Assembly: GCF_004010195.1 (NCBI RefSeq)
Contig: NC_057720.1
Coordinates: 17,348,179 to 17,412,178 of the forward strand
DNA: 64,000 nt
Reading direction: 5' to 3'
Source of the DNA: Chiloscyllium plagiosum
Taxonomy: Eukaryota
Shown: piece after piece, positions 25,694-38,399 of the stretch
How the letters are laid out: every line of letters begins with the position of its first letter
Position numbering within the stretch: the first letter of the stretch is position 1
Made by a program: the position numbers and the translations under genes
The notes under the pieces: generated by a model
Told to the model about the DNA's origin: nothing
The model's input: only the letters and a program-made list of their open reading frames with translations
The model's database searches: none

Positions 25694-26006
25694 GGGCACG
25701 GTGGCACAGTGGTTAGCACTGCTCCCTCGCAGCGCCAGAGATCCGGGTTCAATTCCCGCCTCAGGCGACTGACTGTGTGGAGTTTGCACGTTCTCCCCGT
25801 GTCTGCGTGGGTTTCCTCCGGGTGCTCCGGTTTCCTCCCACAGTCCAAAGATGTGCAGGTCAGGTGAATTGGCCATGCTAAATTGCCCGTAGTGTTAGGT
25901 AAGGGGTAAATGTAGGGGTATGGGTGGGTTACGCTTCGGCGGGTCGGTGTGGACTTGTTGGGCCGAAGGGCCTGTTTCCACACTGTAAAGTAATCTAATC
26001 TAATCT
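25694..26006 (+). mobile_element. Young HE1-like V-SINE
   Basis: GGCACGGTGGCACAGTGGTTAGC head, GGTTCAATTCC B-box, V-domain GTGTGGAGTTTGCACGTTCTCCCCGTGTCTGCGTGGGTTTCC, (TAATC)3 tail, CpGs intact. Confidence 0.92.
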
Positions 26007-28106
26007 AAACAGGAAGGCAGATTACTACCTAAATGGAGTCAAGTTAGATAAAGGGGTAGTACAAAGAGATCTGGGTGTTCTTGTACACCAGTCAATGAAG
26101 GNNNNNNNNNNNNNNNNNNNNNNNNNNNNNNNNNNNNNNNNNNNNNNNNNNNNNNNNNNNNNNNNNNNNNNNNNNNNNNNNNNNNNNNNNNNNNNNNNNN
26201 NNNNNNNNNNNNNNNNNNNNNNNNNNNNNNNNNNNNNNNNNNNNNNNNNNNNNNNNNNNNNNNNNNNNNNNNNNNNNNNNNNNNNNNNNNNNNNNNNNNN
26301 NNNNNNNNNNNNNNNNNNNNNNNNNNNNNNNNNNNNNNNNNNNNNNNNNNNNNNNNNNNNNNNNNNNNGTATAAGATTATTAAAGGATTGGACATTCTGG
26401 AGGCAGGAAACATGTTTCCGCTGATGGGTGAGTCCCGAACCAGAGGACACAGCTTAAAAATAAGGGGTAGGCCATTTAGGACAGAGATGAGGAGAAACTT
26501 CTTCATCCAGAGAGTGGTGGGTGTGTGGAATGCTCTGCCCCAGAAGGCAGTGGAGGCCCAGTCTCTGGATAGGTTTAAGAAAGAGTTGGATAGAGCTCTC
26601 GAGGATAGTGGAATCAAGGGTTATGGAGATAAGGCAGGAACAGGATACTGATTGAGGATGATCAGCCACGATCATAATGAATGGTGGTGCAGACTCGAAG
26701 GGCAAAATGGCCTACGCCTGCACCTATTGTCTAATCTAGTCCTATTTGCCAGCATTTGGCCCATATCTCTTTTAAACCCTTCCTGTACATACACCCATCC
26801 AGATGCCTTTTAAATGATGTAATTGTATCTGCCTCCACTTTGTCTGGCTGCGCATTCCATAAACTCACCATCCTTGCATAAAAAAAGTTGCCCTTATTTT
26901 TCCCCTCTTGCCCTCAAACTATGCCCTCTAGTTCTGGATGCCTCCACCCCAGGGAAAATACCTTGTCTATTTATCTTATCCATGCCCCTCATGATTTTAA
27001 TTTTTTCATATTCCTTTCATTTGGCTTGAGATACTGACTGGCATAAATGATTATTTTTTCTCTGCCCTTGAACTTTTGACAGTACTGCACTTAGGCCATA
27101 AGGAACTGCCATCCTTTTTCAGTATGAAAGGAAAATAGAAGTCAGACATATCAAGTTGCTGGAATACTTCCTACCTTTTGAAAACTTGTAATGCTTCCTC
27201 AATACTAGATACAGGGTAACCTCCGAATGAGTCCTTGTTGAGTATCTGATAATGGACCACGGATTCCCAGTCTGCCGCCTTTGTTTCCTAGTGAGGATTA
27301 TGAAGATGAGATATGGATGTTATACTTCACTCTTAAGATTTTCTGCAAGTAAATCCACGAGCCTTGCCCTTCACCCTAACAGGAACATTCTGTCTCTTGA
27401 CTTTGTTTTTTTATTATTTTGAAGGCTTCCCATTTTCCAGCCATCCCTTTTACCTGCGAACTTTGCCCCCATTAACTTTTGAAAGTTCTTGCTTAATACC
27501 GTCAAAATTGGCCTTCCTCCAATTTAGAACTTCAGCTTTTAGATCTGGTCTATCCTTTTCGATCACCATTTTAAAACTAATAGAATTATGATCACTGGCC
27601 CCAAAGTGCTCCCCATTGATACCTCTGTCACCTGCCCTGTCTTTATTTTCCCCAAGAGTAGGTCTAACTTCACACCTTCTCTAGTAGGTACATCCGGATT
27701 CTGAATCTTGTACACCCTTAACAAATTTCTCTTCATCCAAGCACTTAATACGATCAGTCTCGGTCTATCTTTGAAAAGTTTAAATTTTCCAGAGCAACCA
27801 AAGCAAATCTCCCCGCCAGTATATTTGTCCCCTTCCAATTCAGGTGCACTGGAGTATTGATTTGGATTGTGAGCTACCAGAAACCAGATTATGAAAGGTG
27901 AGATTGAAGACAAATGGGGAGACCTGAAGAGACATCGATCAGCTCTCGTCCCTCAGCAAGATGCTCTCAGGAAAACTGGTGGCATATGATACCTCCATTG
28001 CTCTCAATTAGGCATGACACCTTTTCATCTTGACAAATTTCATGCTCATTCTCTCCATTTTCCCCAGCCCTTAGGTTGTTACATTCAATGGGCATTGTCT
28101 GATGGC

Positions 28107-28396
28107 TGTAGTAGTTGAGCGGAGTCTCATTTGAAATGCCCAACTCTATTACAATGTCAATACCTTTTTTGGAGAATCAGTTGGGTGAGATCAGCATCTG
28201 TTCTACCTGCCCCTTCAGCCTGTGGTCTTAGCATTCCAACCCTTCCCCATGATTCAGATGATATGCAGCGTTGATGCAGACCACAGGCAGAAGAGGCAGG
28301 TAGAACAGATGCTGATCTCACCTAGTTGATTCTCCAAAAAGGTATTGGCATTGTTAGAGTTGGGCATTTCAAATGAGACTCCACTCAACAACTACA
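28107..28396. repeat. Long inverted repeat (about 120-bp arms, about 50-nt spacer)
   Basis: 28107-28228 is the near reverse complement of 28278-28396 (e.g. GGAGTCTCATTTGAAATGCCCAACTCTA / TAGAGTTGGGCATTTCAAATGAGACTCC). Confidence 0.9.
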
Positions 28397-30454
28397 AAGA
28401 AGGACGATTTGAGGTTTGTCACTATTAAGCCTCCTCAACCTTATATGGACTTTGCCATCCCTCTCTGCTTCAGTAAGGCAATCATCCTCCTGCCTGAGGG
28501 ATCCTTTCCATTTTTGGGTCGTGCATTTCAGAATCTTAACTCACTTTTTGCTTTACACAAAGTTGTATTCTTTTTCCACCTGGTTGTTTTGCCAATTACC
28601 TTATCTCTGGTCATTTAATGATTTTGTCCTCATTTATTCTGTTAAAGCCCTTCAGAGTGAACATATTGATTTGTATCTCTTTTTCAGAAAATAGAGATTG
28701 CTTCAACTTCTGTGGTCTTTCCACATAGCTGACATGATGCTCTTAATCCTTCATCCTTATTACTTACTAATTTAATAAATCTGTCTTTGCATCCTCTTCA
28801 AGCTTTGTCATGCAAAAGTGTGCTAAGTGAGCGGCAGTGTTACTTCTGCTAAAGTCTGCTAATTAAAAAATTAGCATAACTTCCTTCCATATGTATTCTT
28901 ATGCTTGAAGTGGATCTTTGTATGCTTTTCATCAGCTGTCTAATCTTGCTACATTCAAATAAATGTGTTGTAGCCACAAGGTCTCTGCTGCACACAGTTT
29001 AAAGCTATACTATTTCGTTTATATTGCCTTCCTTCCACCTCTTTCTTCTTGGATGTGTCACTTCACACTTTGCAGTAAATCATCTGCTATCTGTGTGCCT
29101 TTCTTACCAATCTGTCTGACTTCCTGAAGTCTATTGCCATCTTGCTCACTGTTAACCACATTTCTAGGTTCTTTCATCTGCAAGCTCTGATATTTTTCTG
29201 GCTCAATTGTGGTCATTAATGTGTCATAAAGACTTAATCCTTAGGGAATACTATTGTATACTTTCCTAATCTAACCACAAATTTGCTTTCTGAATTCATT
29301 TTGTCATGTTTATTTTCTGGATATTTTCTGCAATGACTATCAGCTCATCAATTCAATCACAAATTCTTATATTGAATAAGAGTGTAACAGTTGTAAATCC
29401 TCAATCTTGTCATCACTATTGCACAGGAGAATTTAAAAATTGTGGCAGGAATTTCTATTGTCTACACCCTTGCCTCCATAACTTGCTTGCATCCCTTGGT
29501 GGCCAAGTAATATTGCTGCTTTGAGCATTGATTTCCTTTTTCGTGCCTTCTCTTTATTTTTATCCTGTCCAATTTCTGTATCCACCAAGTTACAAGAATT
29601 CCACTCCAACACCCTGCCCCACACATCTGCCAACTACCATAGTGTATTGTCATTGGCCAGCAACCTAGATATTGTGACCAATCATTTACATCTTAGGCTA
29701 TTTGGCCCTTTTTCGGTCCATGTTGACTTCTCATTGAGCAAGGGAGGACTGTCTGGCTTGCTTTATCTGTGTAGCCTTATAAGGTTATATCCTTCAATTG
29801 TCAATTCTATTTCCTTCTGAAGTCGTTGTTTCTGCTCAATCACCCTTATTGCCAATATCATTTTTTTTGTTTAAAGAAAGCTCCTTCCTCTGAGGCAAGC
29901 TTATCCCATAGTACTTGTACCATCAGCTAATGGGAAGATTTCTTTTAACTATCTCTTTCTAACTGTGTAATACTACTAAATGCAAACTGAAATTCCACAT
30001 CCCTGCTTCCTGATGACATTTCACCCCTTGTTTACCAAGAATATATTAACACCTGCATCAAGTCTTTAGACACACCTTCCACCACTTCTTTCAGGAACCA
30101 GTCTGGAGCCAGTCAACAGTCCCAGGAAATAATTTTGCCTCTTTTCTATTTTAAATAGATTACCCTTAGTTTTAAATTGCTAGTTTTAAATTGCTAGCTC
30201 TACATAATTGAAGTAAATGAATAACCTCTTCATCTATTACCCTGTCAAGACCCCTCAGGAGTTTGTTTAACAAGTCACCTCTTTTAAACTCCAGGAAATT
30301 AGAGGCTTAGCCTGCCCAACCTTTCCCCTCAAGACAACTGACACATTCCAGATGTGTCCTATATACCAAGGCAAACCACATCTAACCCAAGCAATTACCA
30401 TCCCATTTGTCTACTCTCAATCAGTAAGGTGATAGCACTTTGACAACGCTAATC

Positions 30455-31500
30455 AAACAGCACCTTCTCAGTAATAATGCCTTGGTGACGCCCAGTTTAT
30501 GTTCCACCAAGGCCACTCAGCTCCTGACCTTCTTTTGGAGTTTTGATTCCAAACATGAATAAAAAAGGGCTGAATTCCAGAAGTGAGGTGAGAATGACTG
30601 ACCTTGATATCAAGGCTGCATTTGACAGTGTGCCATTAAGGGGCTCCAGCAAAACTAGTGTCAATAGATATCAGGAGGCAAACTCTGCCGGTTAGAGTCA
30701 TACCAGTCACATCGGAAGATGGTTGTAGTTGTTGTAGATGGTTGTAGTTCAACCGCTTCATCAATGACCTCCTTTCCATCATAAGGTCAGAGGCAGGGAT
30801 GTACAATCATTGGTGAGCCACGTTCAACATCATTTGTCACCACTCTGAAACTGAAGAAGTCAATATTCAAATGCAACATGATCTGGACAATATCCAGGCT
30901 TGGGCTGACAAGTAGCAAGTAACATTGTCTGGCATTTGTGTGGCAAGAGTAACCATCTCCAATAAAAAATAATCTAACCTCGGCCCCTTGGCATTTAATT
31001 GCGTTGCCATCACTGAAATCTCCATCAACACCTGAGGTTGTGATTGACCAGAAATTTAACTTGTCTCCAGCACAGTGGCTACAGAGCATGTTTGAGGCTA
31101 GGAATGCTGTGGCGCATAATTTGCCTTCCAACTCCTCAGAGCTTGTCCCTCACCTGTAAGGTGCTAGTTAGGAGTGTGTTGGAATACTCCCCAGTTGCCT
31201 GGATGAATGCAGCCTTGATATCCAGGTTTGTCATTCTCACCTCCCCTCTGGAATTTAGCTCCATCCAGTCCAAGGAACCTACTTTATGGCACCATATCCA
31301 CTCTTCCCACCAACAGTGCTCAGTAGCAGCAATGTGTAATATTTACAAGATGCTCTGCAGAAATTCCCGAACGATCCTTCGGCGACACCTTCCAAATACA
31401 CAACCACTTCCATCTAGAAGGACAAGGGATGCATGAGCACCTGGAAGTTCCCCTCCAAGCCACTTGCTGTTCTGATTTGGAAATATATTGCTATTCCTTC
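30455..31500 (+). mobile_element. CR1/L2-clade LINE 3' portion
   Basis: LDIKAAFD, DLDNIQAWADK, VRSVLEYSPVAW remnants. Confidence 0.8.
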
Positions 31501-31626
31501 ACTTGCCATAACAAAGGTTTTTATGGAAAATAAAATCTCATGGTATCAGGGGTAATTTGCTAGAAGGGATTAGGAATCTGCCTGTCTCCAGTATTTTCTG
31601 TTTATCACTGGAAGAAATTAAATATC

Positions 31627-32452
31627 TTGAGGGTAGTGGTGGAGGGTTGTTTTTCAGACTGGAGGCCTGTGACCAGTGGAGTGCCACAAGGATGGGAAGT
31701 GTCCTTGGGTCGACTACTTTTTGTCATTTACATAAATGATTTGGATGCGAGCATAAGAGGTACAGTTAGTAAGTTTGCAGATGACACTAAAATTGGAGGT
31801 GTAGTGGGCACCAAAGAGGGTTACCTCTGGTTACAACATGATCTTGACCAGATGGGCCAATGGGCTGAGAAGTGGCAGATGGAGTTTAATTCAGATAAAT
31901 GCGAGGTGCTGCATTTTGGGAAAGCAAATCTTATCCTTCCTATCGGAAAGATGTTGTGAAACCTGAAAGGGTTCAGAAAAGATTTACAAGGATGTTGCCA
32001 GGTTGGAGGATTTGAGCAATAAGGAAAGGCTGAACAGGCTGGGGCTGTTTTCCCTGGAGCATCGGAGGCTGAGGGTTGACCTTAGAGGTGTACAAAATTA
32101 TGAGGGGCATGGATAGGGTAAATAGGCAAAGTCTTTTCCCTGGGGTCGGGGAGTCCAGGACTAGAGGGCATAGGTTTAGGGTGAGAAGGGAAAGATATAA
32201 AAGAGACCTTTGGGGCAACGTTTTCACACAGGGTGGCATGGGTATGGAATGAGCTTCCAGAGGAAGTGGTGGAGGCTGGTACAATTGCAACATTTAAGAG
32301 GCATTTGGATGGGTATATGAATAGGAAGGGTTTGGAGAGATATGGGCCGGGTGCTGGCAGGTGGGACTAGATTGGGTTGGGATATCTAGTCGGCATGGAC
32401 AGGTTGGACCGAAGGGTCTGTTTCCATGCTGTACATCTCTATGACTTTGACT
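31627..32452 (+). mobile_element. Young CR1-clade (HER1-like) LINE 3' fragment
   Basis: VTSGVPQG, KFADDTKIGG, WQMEFNSDKC; CTCTATGACT tail. Confidence 0.9.
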
Positions 32453-32921
32453 CTATCTTGTGGGACTTGATCACATTACACAATTTTTTAAACTCCATGT
32501 TACTCATTTATTTTGAATTCAACTTGAGCACAGGGAAATGATCTGTCATGTTGCTTATTCTGATAGTATGTATGTCTGCACTGAGCTGGTGGCCTCCTTT
32601 TTCTGTTGTGCTCTTGAATGGAGCTGATTTACTTCTAACCTTCATCATTAGTTTGAATCAAACTCTCCTTTTCAGCACTTGTAAAATTTCACTTTGAAAA
32701 TAAAGTATAATCTCTACTCACCAAGGTGGGACGATGCTAAGATAGCTCCACTTGCATTTTCATTTGTATAAGTGGAATATTTTTGGGTTTCTTCTGCATT
32801 CACTGGTGGTATTTTCCTAAAATAAAATGTAGTCTGAATTCTTTGATATTTGAAGTAAAAAAATATGATTTGAAATCAAGTAAAAACAGTTTTTTCTAAA
32901 GTGTCTTTTTTTTTCCAACAG

Positions 32922-33035
32922 ATTGTGTCATAATCCTGACATGGAAACATGATGGATTAATAGTCCGTCAAGAGCCTTGAAAGAAGAGAGTTTTAAAATC
33001 CTGTTGGCTAAGTGCAAGAAATTTTGATATTCAAA
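32922..33035 (+). other. brdt: 5' UTR part of the brdt ATG-containing exon
   Basis: Strong acceptor TCTTTTTTTTTCCAACAG| (AG 32920-32921); in-frame stop upstream of ATG 33036; short uORFs at 32941-32960. Confidence 0.7.
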
Positions 33036-33239
33036 ATGACATCAACTGGGTATAAAAGATTACAGCAGCAAAATGTGATTGTAAATCCACAGCCACCAGA
33101 ATATTATAACCCAAAGAAACCTAGCCGAATGACAAATCAGCTACAGTATTTGGAAAAGGTGGTGGTCAAAGCTCTTTGGAAACACCATTTTGCCTGGCCA
33201 TTCCAACAACCTGTTGATGCTGTGAAGCTGAACTTGCCT
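33036..33239 (+). CDS. brdt: BRDT coding exon 1 (N-terminus, start of bromodomain 1)
   Basis: [68 protein letters not shown]; the very short N-terminus with IVNPxPPEY is BRDT-like, not BRD2/3/4-like; donor GTAAGA, phase 0. Confidence 0.93.
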
Positions 33240-34459
33240 GTAAGAATTATAATTGTGCCTGATTAGAACACAGTGCTTTGTTGAGTTATATTGCCATGGC
33301 TTTTAGCTGCAACAAATGACTAACTACAATGGAGAGCAGATTGTATAAATATTGTGGGGTTGGGCTCCAACCCCTTGAAAAAAGATCCAAACTGTAAAAC
33401 ATAAGTATACAAGGCAGTAATTGGAAATTTAATATCTTATGACAGTTGGATGAAAACCTTGCATTTTCGTGCTTGCTTTCAGCTATGATAATCTGGTTTA
33501 TGCTGCTTGAGTATTTTGAATTATTCAAATTCCCACCTTTTGGACAGCCATGAGATGGAGTTATTTTTCTGAAGAGGTAGTCAATGAGGGTAGACAATTG
33601 TTCACTGCAATGCCTTTCTATTTTTGGCAAAGGGCAGACAATTAGAAGTAGAACTCGAAGTGTTTACAGTATGAATGAGACAGTTTGACCTCTTATCAGT
33701 ATATCTCATATCCTCTTTGCCTCTGTAACTTAAAATTAGTGTTCTAGCATGTGTTACTATGGAAGTAATTTGCCTTTGTCAGCAAAAGAAGAGTGGTTAT
33801 TTTAAATTAAATGTCATTGGTAAGCCAGCTAGAAAATAGGATTTTTCTTTTGTCCGATGGCAGGGACATCTATTACCTGTTCCTAATTTTTGAGATTAGT
33901 GGGCCTTCTTTGAATTGCTTCAGTAGTGATTAAGGTAAGAACAGTGAGTTTCATTTTCAAAAGGAGATTCGTGGATCAGTTGGGATTTTGACATTCTGAT
34001 AATTTAATTGTCAAGTTATAACTGAAACCAATTTTCTCCTTTTGGTGTTTTCTTCTAAAACTGAATTATAAATTCTTAAACCAGTTTTTGAATTTACGTT
34101 CCTTGATTTTTATCTGTTCAGATCTGTAGATTACTGTGGGATATCAAAATCAATGTAGAAAATGTCTATAGTTCAATTATTTTTTTGAAGAAATTCACAA
34201 CTAATTTATTTATTTGTAATAATATAGAATCTCTTTTTAAAATCCCAATAGCTGTTGGCCATTTTTGACTTTCTCTGCCTATATTTATATTCTCAGGAAT
34301 TTGAGTCCTGACTTCCATTTATTTCTCTTTCTATTAAATCTGTCCTCTCTTCTTTGCGAATGTAATCCTTCACTGTATCCACACAGTGACATTTGCACCT
34401 CTTAATTTCTTAACATACTTTCCAGTTACTTGCCAGCAAACTTCCCTCCACAAGATCAT

Positions 34460-35800
34460 GCAATGGAGGAAGAGATGTAGGCCATTCAGCCCACTGGAGT
34501 CTGCTCCACTATTCAGAATCATCATGGCTGATCTGATGGTCCTCAGCTACACTTCCTGCCTCTTCCCCATAACCGTTGATTCCCATATTAACGAAACATC
34601 TGTCTTTCTCAGCCTTGAATATCCTTAACAATCCAATCTCAAAGACCTCCTGATGAAGAGTTTACAGATTCACTGCTCACTGAGAAGACATTCCTCCTCA
34701 GCTCTCTTTGACCTGTAATAAGGTTATGCCCCATATTCCTAGACTCTCCCAGGAGAAACTCTTTCCAATTCCACCCTGTAATGTCCCCAAATACATATGT
34801 GTGTTTCAATAAGATTGTTCCTCATTCTTCTCACTTCAATGAGTATAGATAAACTAACTCAATCCTACTCAAGATAACTAACCCCCCTCCCCACCCCACC
34901 CCATCTTAACCAAAATTAACCTTGTGAACCTTTTTTGGATGTCTCCAATGCAAGTATATCTTTCCTTAGGTAAGGGGCTCAAAACTGTTCAGTATTTTAG
35001 CTGTGTTCTCACTAGTGCCTTGTATAGTTTTAGCAAGACTTCCTTATTTGTATACTCCATTCCCTTGTCAATAAATGTCAACATTTCATTGCCTTCCATA
35101 TTACCTGCTGAACTTGTTAGCTAGCTTTCTCCCAAATCTGTGCTGTAGCTTTCTGCAATTTTTCTCTACTTAAATATTTCATAATAAATAATCATGCCAA
35201 AATGCATAACCTCTCAATTTCCCACATTATATTCCATTTACGATATTTTTGTCTACTCAACCTGCCCATATTCCTCTGTAGATTAATTGTGTCAACTTCC
35301 CCACTTGCCTTCCCACCTATTTTCATGAGATCTGCAGATTTGGTGTGTCTGTAGTTTTCCTCCTCCTAAGTCATTTATATATTATGTAAATAACATGGCA
35401 TCCACAGTGATTTGTGTGGTACTCCAACTGGTTACAAGTTTCGTCCTGAACTACTTCCCACCTCCCCCATCCCCCCACCAATCCCAACTCTTTGATTTGT
35501 GTTAGTTAAGCATTCCTCTCTTCATGCTACTAATCTATATCCAATACCATGTACTCTTATCTTAAGTAGCTTGATGTGTGGTGCCTTATCAAATACTCTC
35601 TGGAAATCCAAACATATTACATCCACTATCCTGCTTGTTACCTTCTCAATGAATTGTATTACATCTCAGGCAAGCTTTTCCCTTCATTGAAGCTTTTCCG
35701 ACTCTGCTTGATTGTTATGTATTTCTGAATGTTGTGATATTACATCCAACTCTACCATTTTTCCAATAGCACATTAAGTTAACTTGTCGCTCTTTATTTT
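34460..35800 (-). mobile_element. Degraded CR1-clade LINE
   Basis: Reverse complement of a CR1 3' tail (GGCCATTCAGCCC) and DFQ/FDKA RT remnants. Confidence 0.7.
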
Positions 35801-37525
35801 GTTGGTCTTAAGTATTCCAAATCCTCTTGTTTACCACTCCCCTAGTTGTGAAGAAGGGTTACATTTGAAAGACTACCTTCTCCACCTTCGAATGCTGCCT
35901 GGTTTGCTGTGTTCTTTCAACTTTCTACTTGTCTATGTTAAACTCCTTTCCCAGTCTGCTGGAGCTAACATGGGCCTTGTTCTTTTGTAATTATCTTTAG
36001 TTAGCTCTCGTAGTCCTGTTTCAAACTCCAGTTTTTCCTGCTAAATTCTACCATGTGGTCACTGTTTATGAGGGAGTATTTTATTAAATCTGCCTTATTA
36101 CACACAAGATCCAAAATAACCCCAATAACTCTGTTAGTTTCTTGTGGCTATCTCCAGCAATCTGACTTTCTCGATCTGCATGAAGATTAAGATGACCCAT
36201 TATTTTTAATGCATATTTATATGCTGTCATTCAATCCTGATTGATATTCTCTGCCCTATTGTATAGCTACTGTTAAGGGCCTATAGGCTACTCCTACCAG
36301 TGTATTTATCATTCTTTTTAAAAAGAATATCAGCCATGTGGATATTAAACCTTCTTATCCAAGATAATTTCTTGCTTTTTTGAAAAGGCATGCACCTGAA
36401 TATTTAGCTCCCAGCTTTGATCTCCTTGCAATCATGTCTGTTATAGATCATATCTATAAACGTGTTTTTTGTTCCTTCTCATGAATTTAGTTTGTTCCAA
36501 ATACTCTATATGCAAATAGAGACCATTTCATTTTGTTGCTTTTACCCTTTTTATTGTCATTTTCTGTTTTGTAAATTTTGTCCCTTCCCATCTCTCTCTG
36601 GATATTGTTATCCAAATAGTTACACTGTAATACTGTCATATCATTTTGCTTTGTAAGTCAATATTTTCCTTTCCTCCAACTGTCTCACCCTCTACATCAA
36701 ACTAGTTATTTTAAAACCCTGTCAGTCCTTTGTTATACACCAGGGCACTGGTCCCAGCATGTTTCATGTTAGGCTCATCCCACCAAAACTGATTCCTTCT
36801 ACCCAGTTTTGGGCCAGTAACCCATTCCAGCCATTCCAATCATTGTGCCATGTGTCTATCTCCTTGACTTTATTTACCTGTTTGTCTGTGGCTCAGATAA
36901 TAATCCGAAGATTATCTTGGAGGTTCTGCTGTTTACTTTGACTCTTTACTGTTCAAATTCTTTCAGTAGAACCTTTTTTCATCCTGTCAGAGTAAATTTT
37001 AAGATTGCATTTCATATTAAAGTCAAAATCATTTGCTCATACCAAGTGCAAATGCATGGCCTGCCCATGTGAAATGTGAGCAAAGCTCAAAACTCATTTT
37101 CAATTAATCAATGTTGTATTGTACTGTTATTTCATGTCACATCCTCCTTGAGGTGCTAAATTGATTTCTCCCAATCTGTGGACATTGCATCTACTGCATT
37201 CTATTTATCCAATGTAGTTTTATGTTTTCAAAAATCTTTCCATTCAACTCATATCTAAATTTTATTCCAAAACAATTGCTAGCATATATCAAGACTTGGA
37301 AAGAGAAATATAATATTTGCTAGTACCTGAGATAATAAAGAAACACAGGTTCTTTTGAAAGAAACATTTGCTTGTTTAAAAAAAATGTGCTGTTAAGTCA
37401 ACCAATTTAAGAGTACTTAAAATTGGAAACTAATTTTTGCAATTAAAGTCACAATATAATTGGAAGAACATGCGTAAATGGATGCTGCTGCTCTGCCTGT
37501 GTTTTTGTTTTCTCCCTCCCCACAG

Positions 37526-37663
37526 GATTACTATCAGATTACAAAGAACCCAATGGATTTGGGTACCATCAAAAAACGCTTGGAAAATAAATATTACTGT
37601 AAAGCTATGGAGTGTATAGAGGACATAAATACAATGTTTACTAACTGCTATGTATATAATCGG
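37526..37663 (+). CDS. brdt: BRDT coding exon 2 (bromodomain 1)
   Basis: [46 protein letters not shown]; acceptor CCCACAG|, donor |GTATGT; 138 nt, phase 0/0; acetyl-lysine-binding Asn retained; ENKYYxKAxECIED is BRDT-like. Confidence 0.96.
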
Positions 37664-37742
37664 GTATGTTGTTACACCTTATAATTGTGAAATGCTTCTT
37701 GTGTTATGTTGATAAAATTATTTAACTAGTGTCTATTTATAG

Positions 37743-37881
37743 CCAGGGGATGACATAGTTGTAATGGCACAAACCTTGGAGAAGCTTTTTCTACAGAAGG
37801 TGTCACAAATGCCACAAGAAGAAATAGAGCTTCCTGTGGCTAACAAAAGAGGAGGGAATGGCAAAGGAAGGAAAGGATCAG
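37743..37881 (+). CDS. brdt: BRDT coding exon 3 (end of bromodomain 1)
   Basis: [46 protein letters not shown]; follows a 79-nt intron; acceptor TTTATAG|, donor G|GTAATC; phase 0/1. Not in the ORF track. Confidence 0.95.
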
Positions 37882-38399
37882 GTAATCAATTGAAAAGTAT
37901 ATATTGCCTCCTTATTTATAACATGTCACTTTGAAAATGTCTGGGATGGTGAGGCAGAAAGCATCCTCAAACTTCTGCCTTAAACCTGTGTGCTTTGCTT
38001 TAACTTGAAACCAGAAGAGCACCATTCCTAATTGGAACGGATGAGTGAGTTTATGGGGTCTCTTCTTGAAATAACTTGGAATCGAGAGAGGCTTTAAGTT
38101 TAGATCCAGAAATTAGAAGGATCACCAAAAAACTTTGTTTTGGAATAGGACTGCATCACAAACAATTTGCTAGCCACTCTTGCAGTGTTAGAGGTGGAAC
38201 AAGACGTGTTTACAACCTCTATGTCGTAGTGTCCCTTAGTTAAAATCTAACTATGTAACAGTAAGCCTACTTGTTTCTGTTGCATTACCTGACTCTGCCC
38301 TCTGCTCATCTGCTGAAATCCTCATCCATGCTATTGTTCATTCTAGACATGACTATTTCAATGCATACCTGACCACTTTCACACTTCCTTCTGAAATTT

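Larger units (their letters stand above)
23790..26735 (+). mobile_element. Relatively young CR1-clade LINE ORF2 (APE+RT), with two assembly gaps, inserted in a minus-strand CR1 tail (23715-23790 and 26735-27000)
   Basis: GVIYRPPN..VMGDFN (APE); NYRPVSLTS, YLDFQKAFDKV, SGVLQGSVL, KFADDTK (RT); frameshifted; 3' tail CCTATTGTCTA. Confidence 0.9.

Noticed and set aside
25694..25770. tRNA-like sequences with A and B boxes (also 5270-5340, 16248-16320, 52380-52451)
   Set aside because: They are SINE heads continuous with the V-domain and tail, not tRNA genes.
25498..25983. Recurrent ORFs MWKQAL.../MANSP... (also 16208-16570, 52159-52473)
   Set aside because: Antisense translations of HE1-like SINEs.
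23718..26617. Long ORFs of 140-417 aa in the ORF track (also 40342-41218 and 49818-50360)
   Set aside because: They are open only because they run through N gaps; the real parts are CR1 fragments.
30165..30197. Short tandem duplications (also about 3973-3995, 7175-7195, 30718-30749)
   Set aside because: Ordinary slippage duplications with no further structure.
33012..33035. GTG start extending BRDT by 8 residues; likewise ORF extensions at 37478, 44333 and 49129
   Set aside because: ATG 33036 has a good context (AAAATGA) and fits the BRDT N-terminus; the other extensions are intronic read-through.
33036..33239. Assignment as brd2, brd3 or brd4
   Set aside because: Those proteins have longer N-terminal extensions before BD1 and typically ENNYYW rather than ENKYY; a phylogeny is still needed for certainty.
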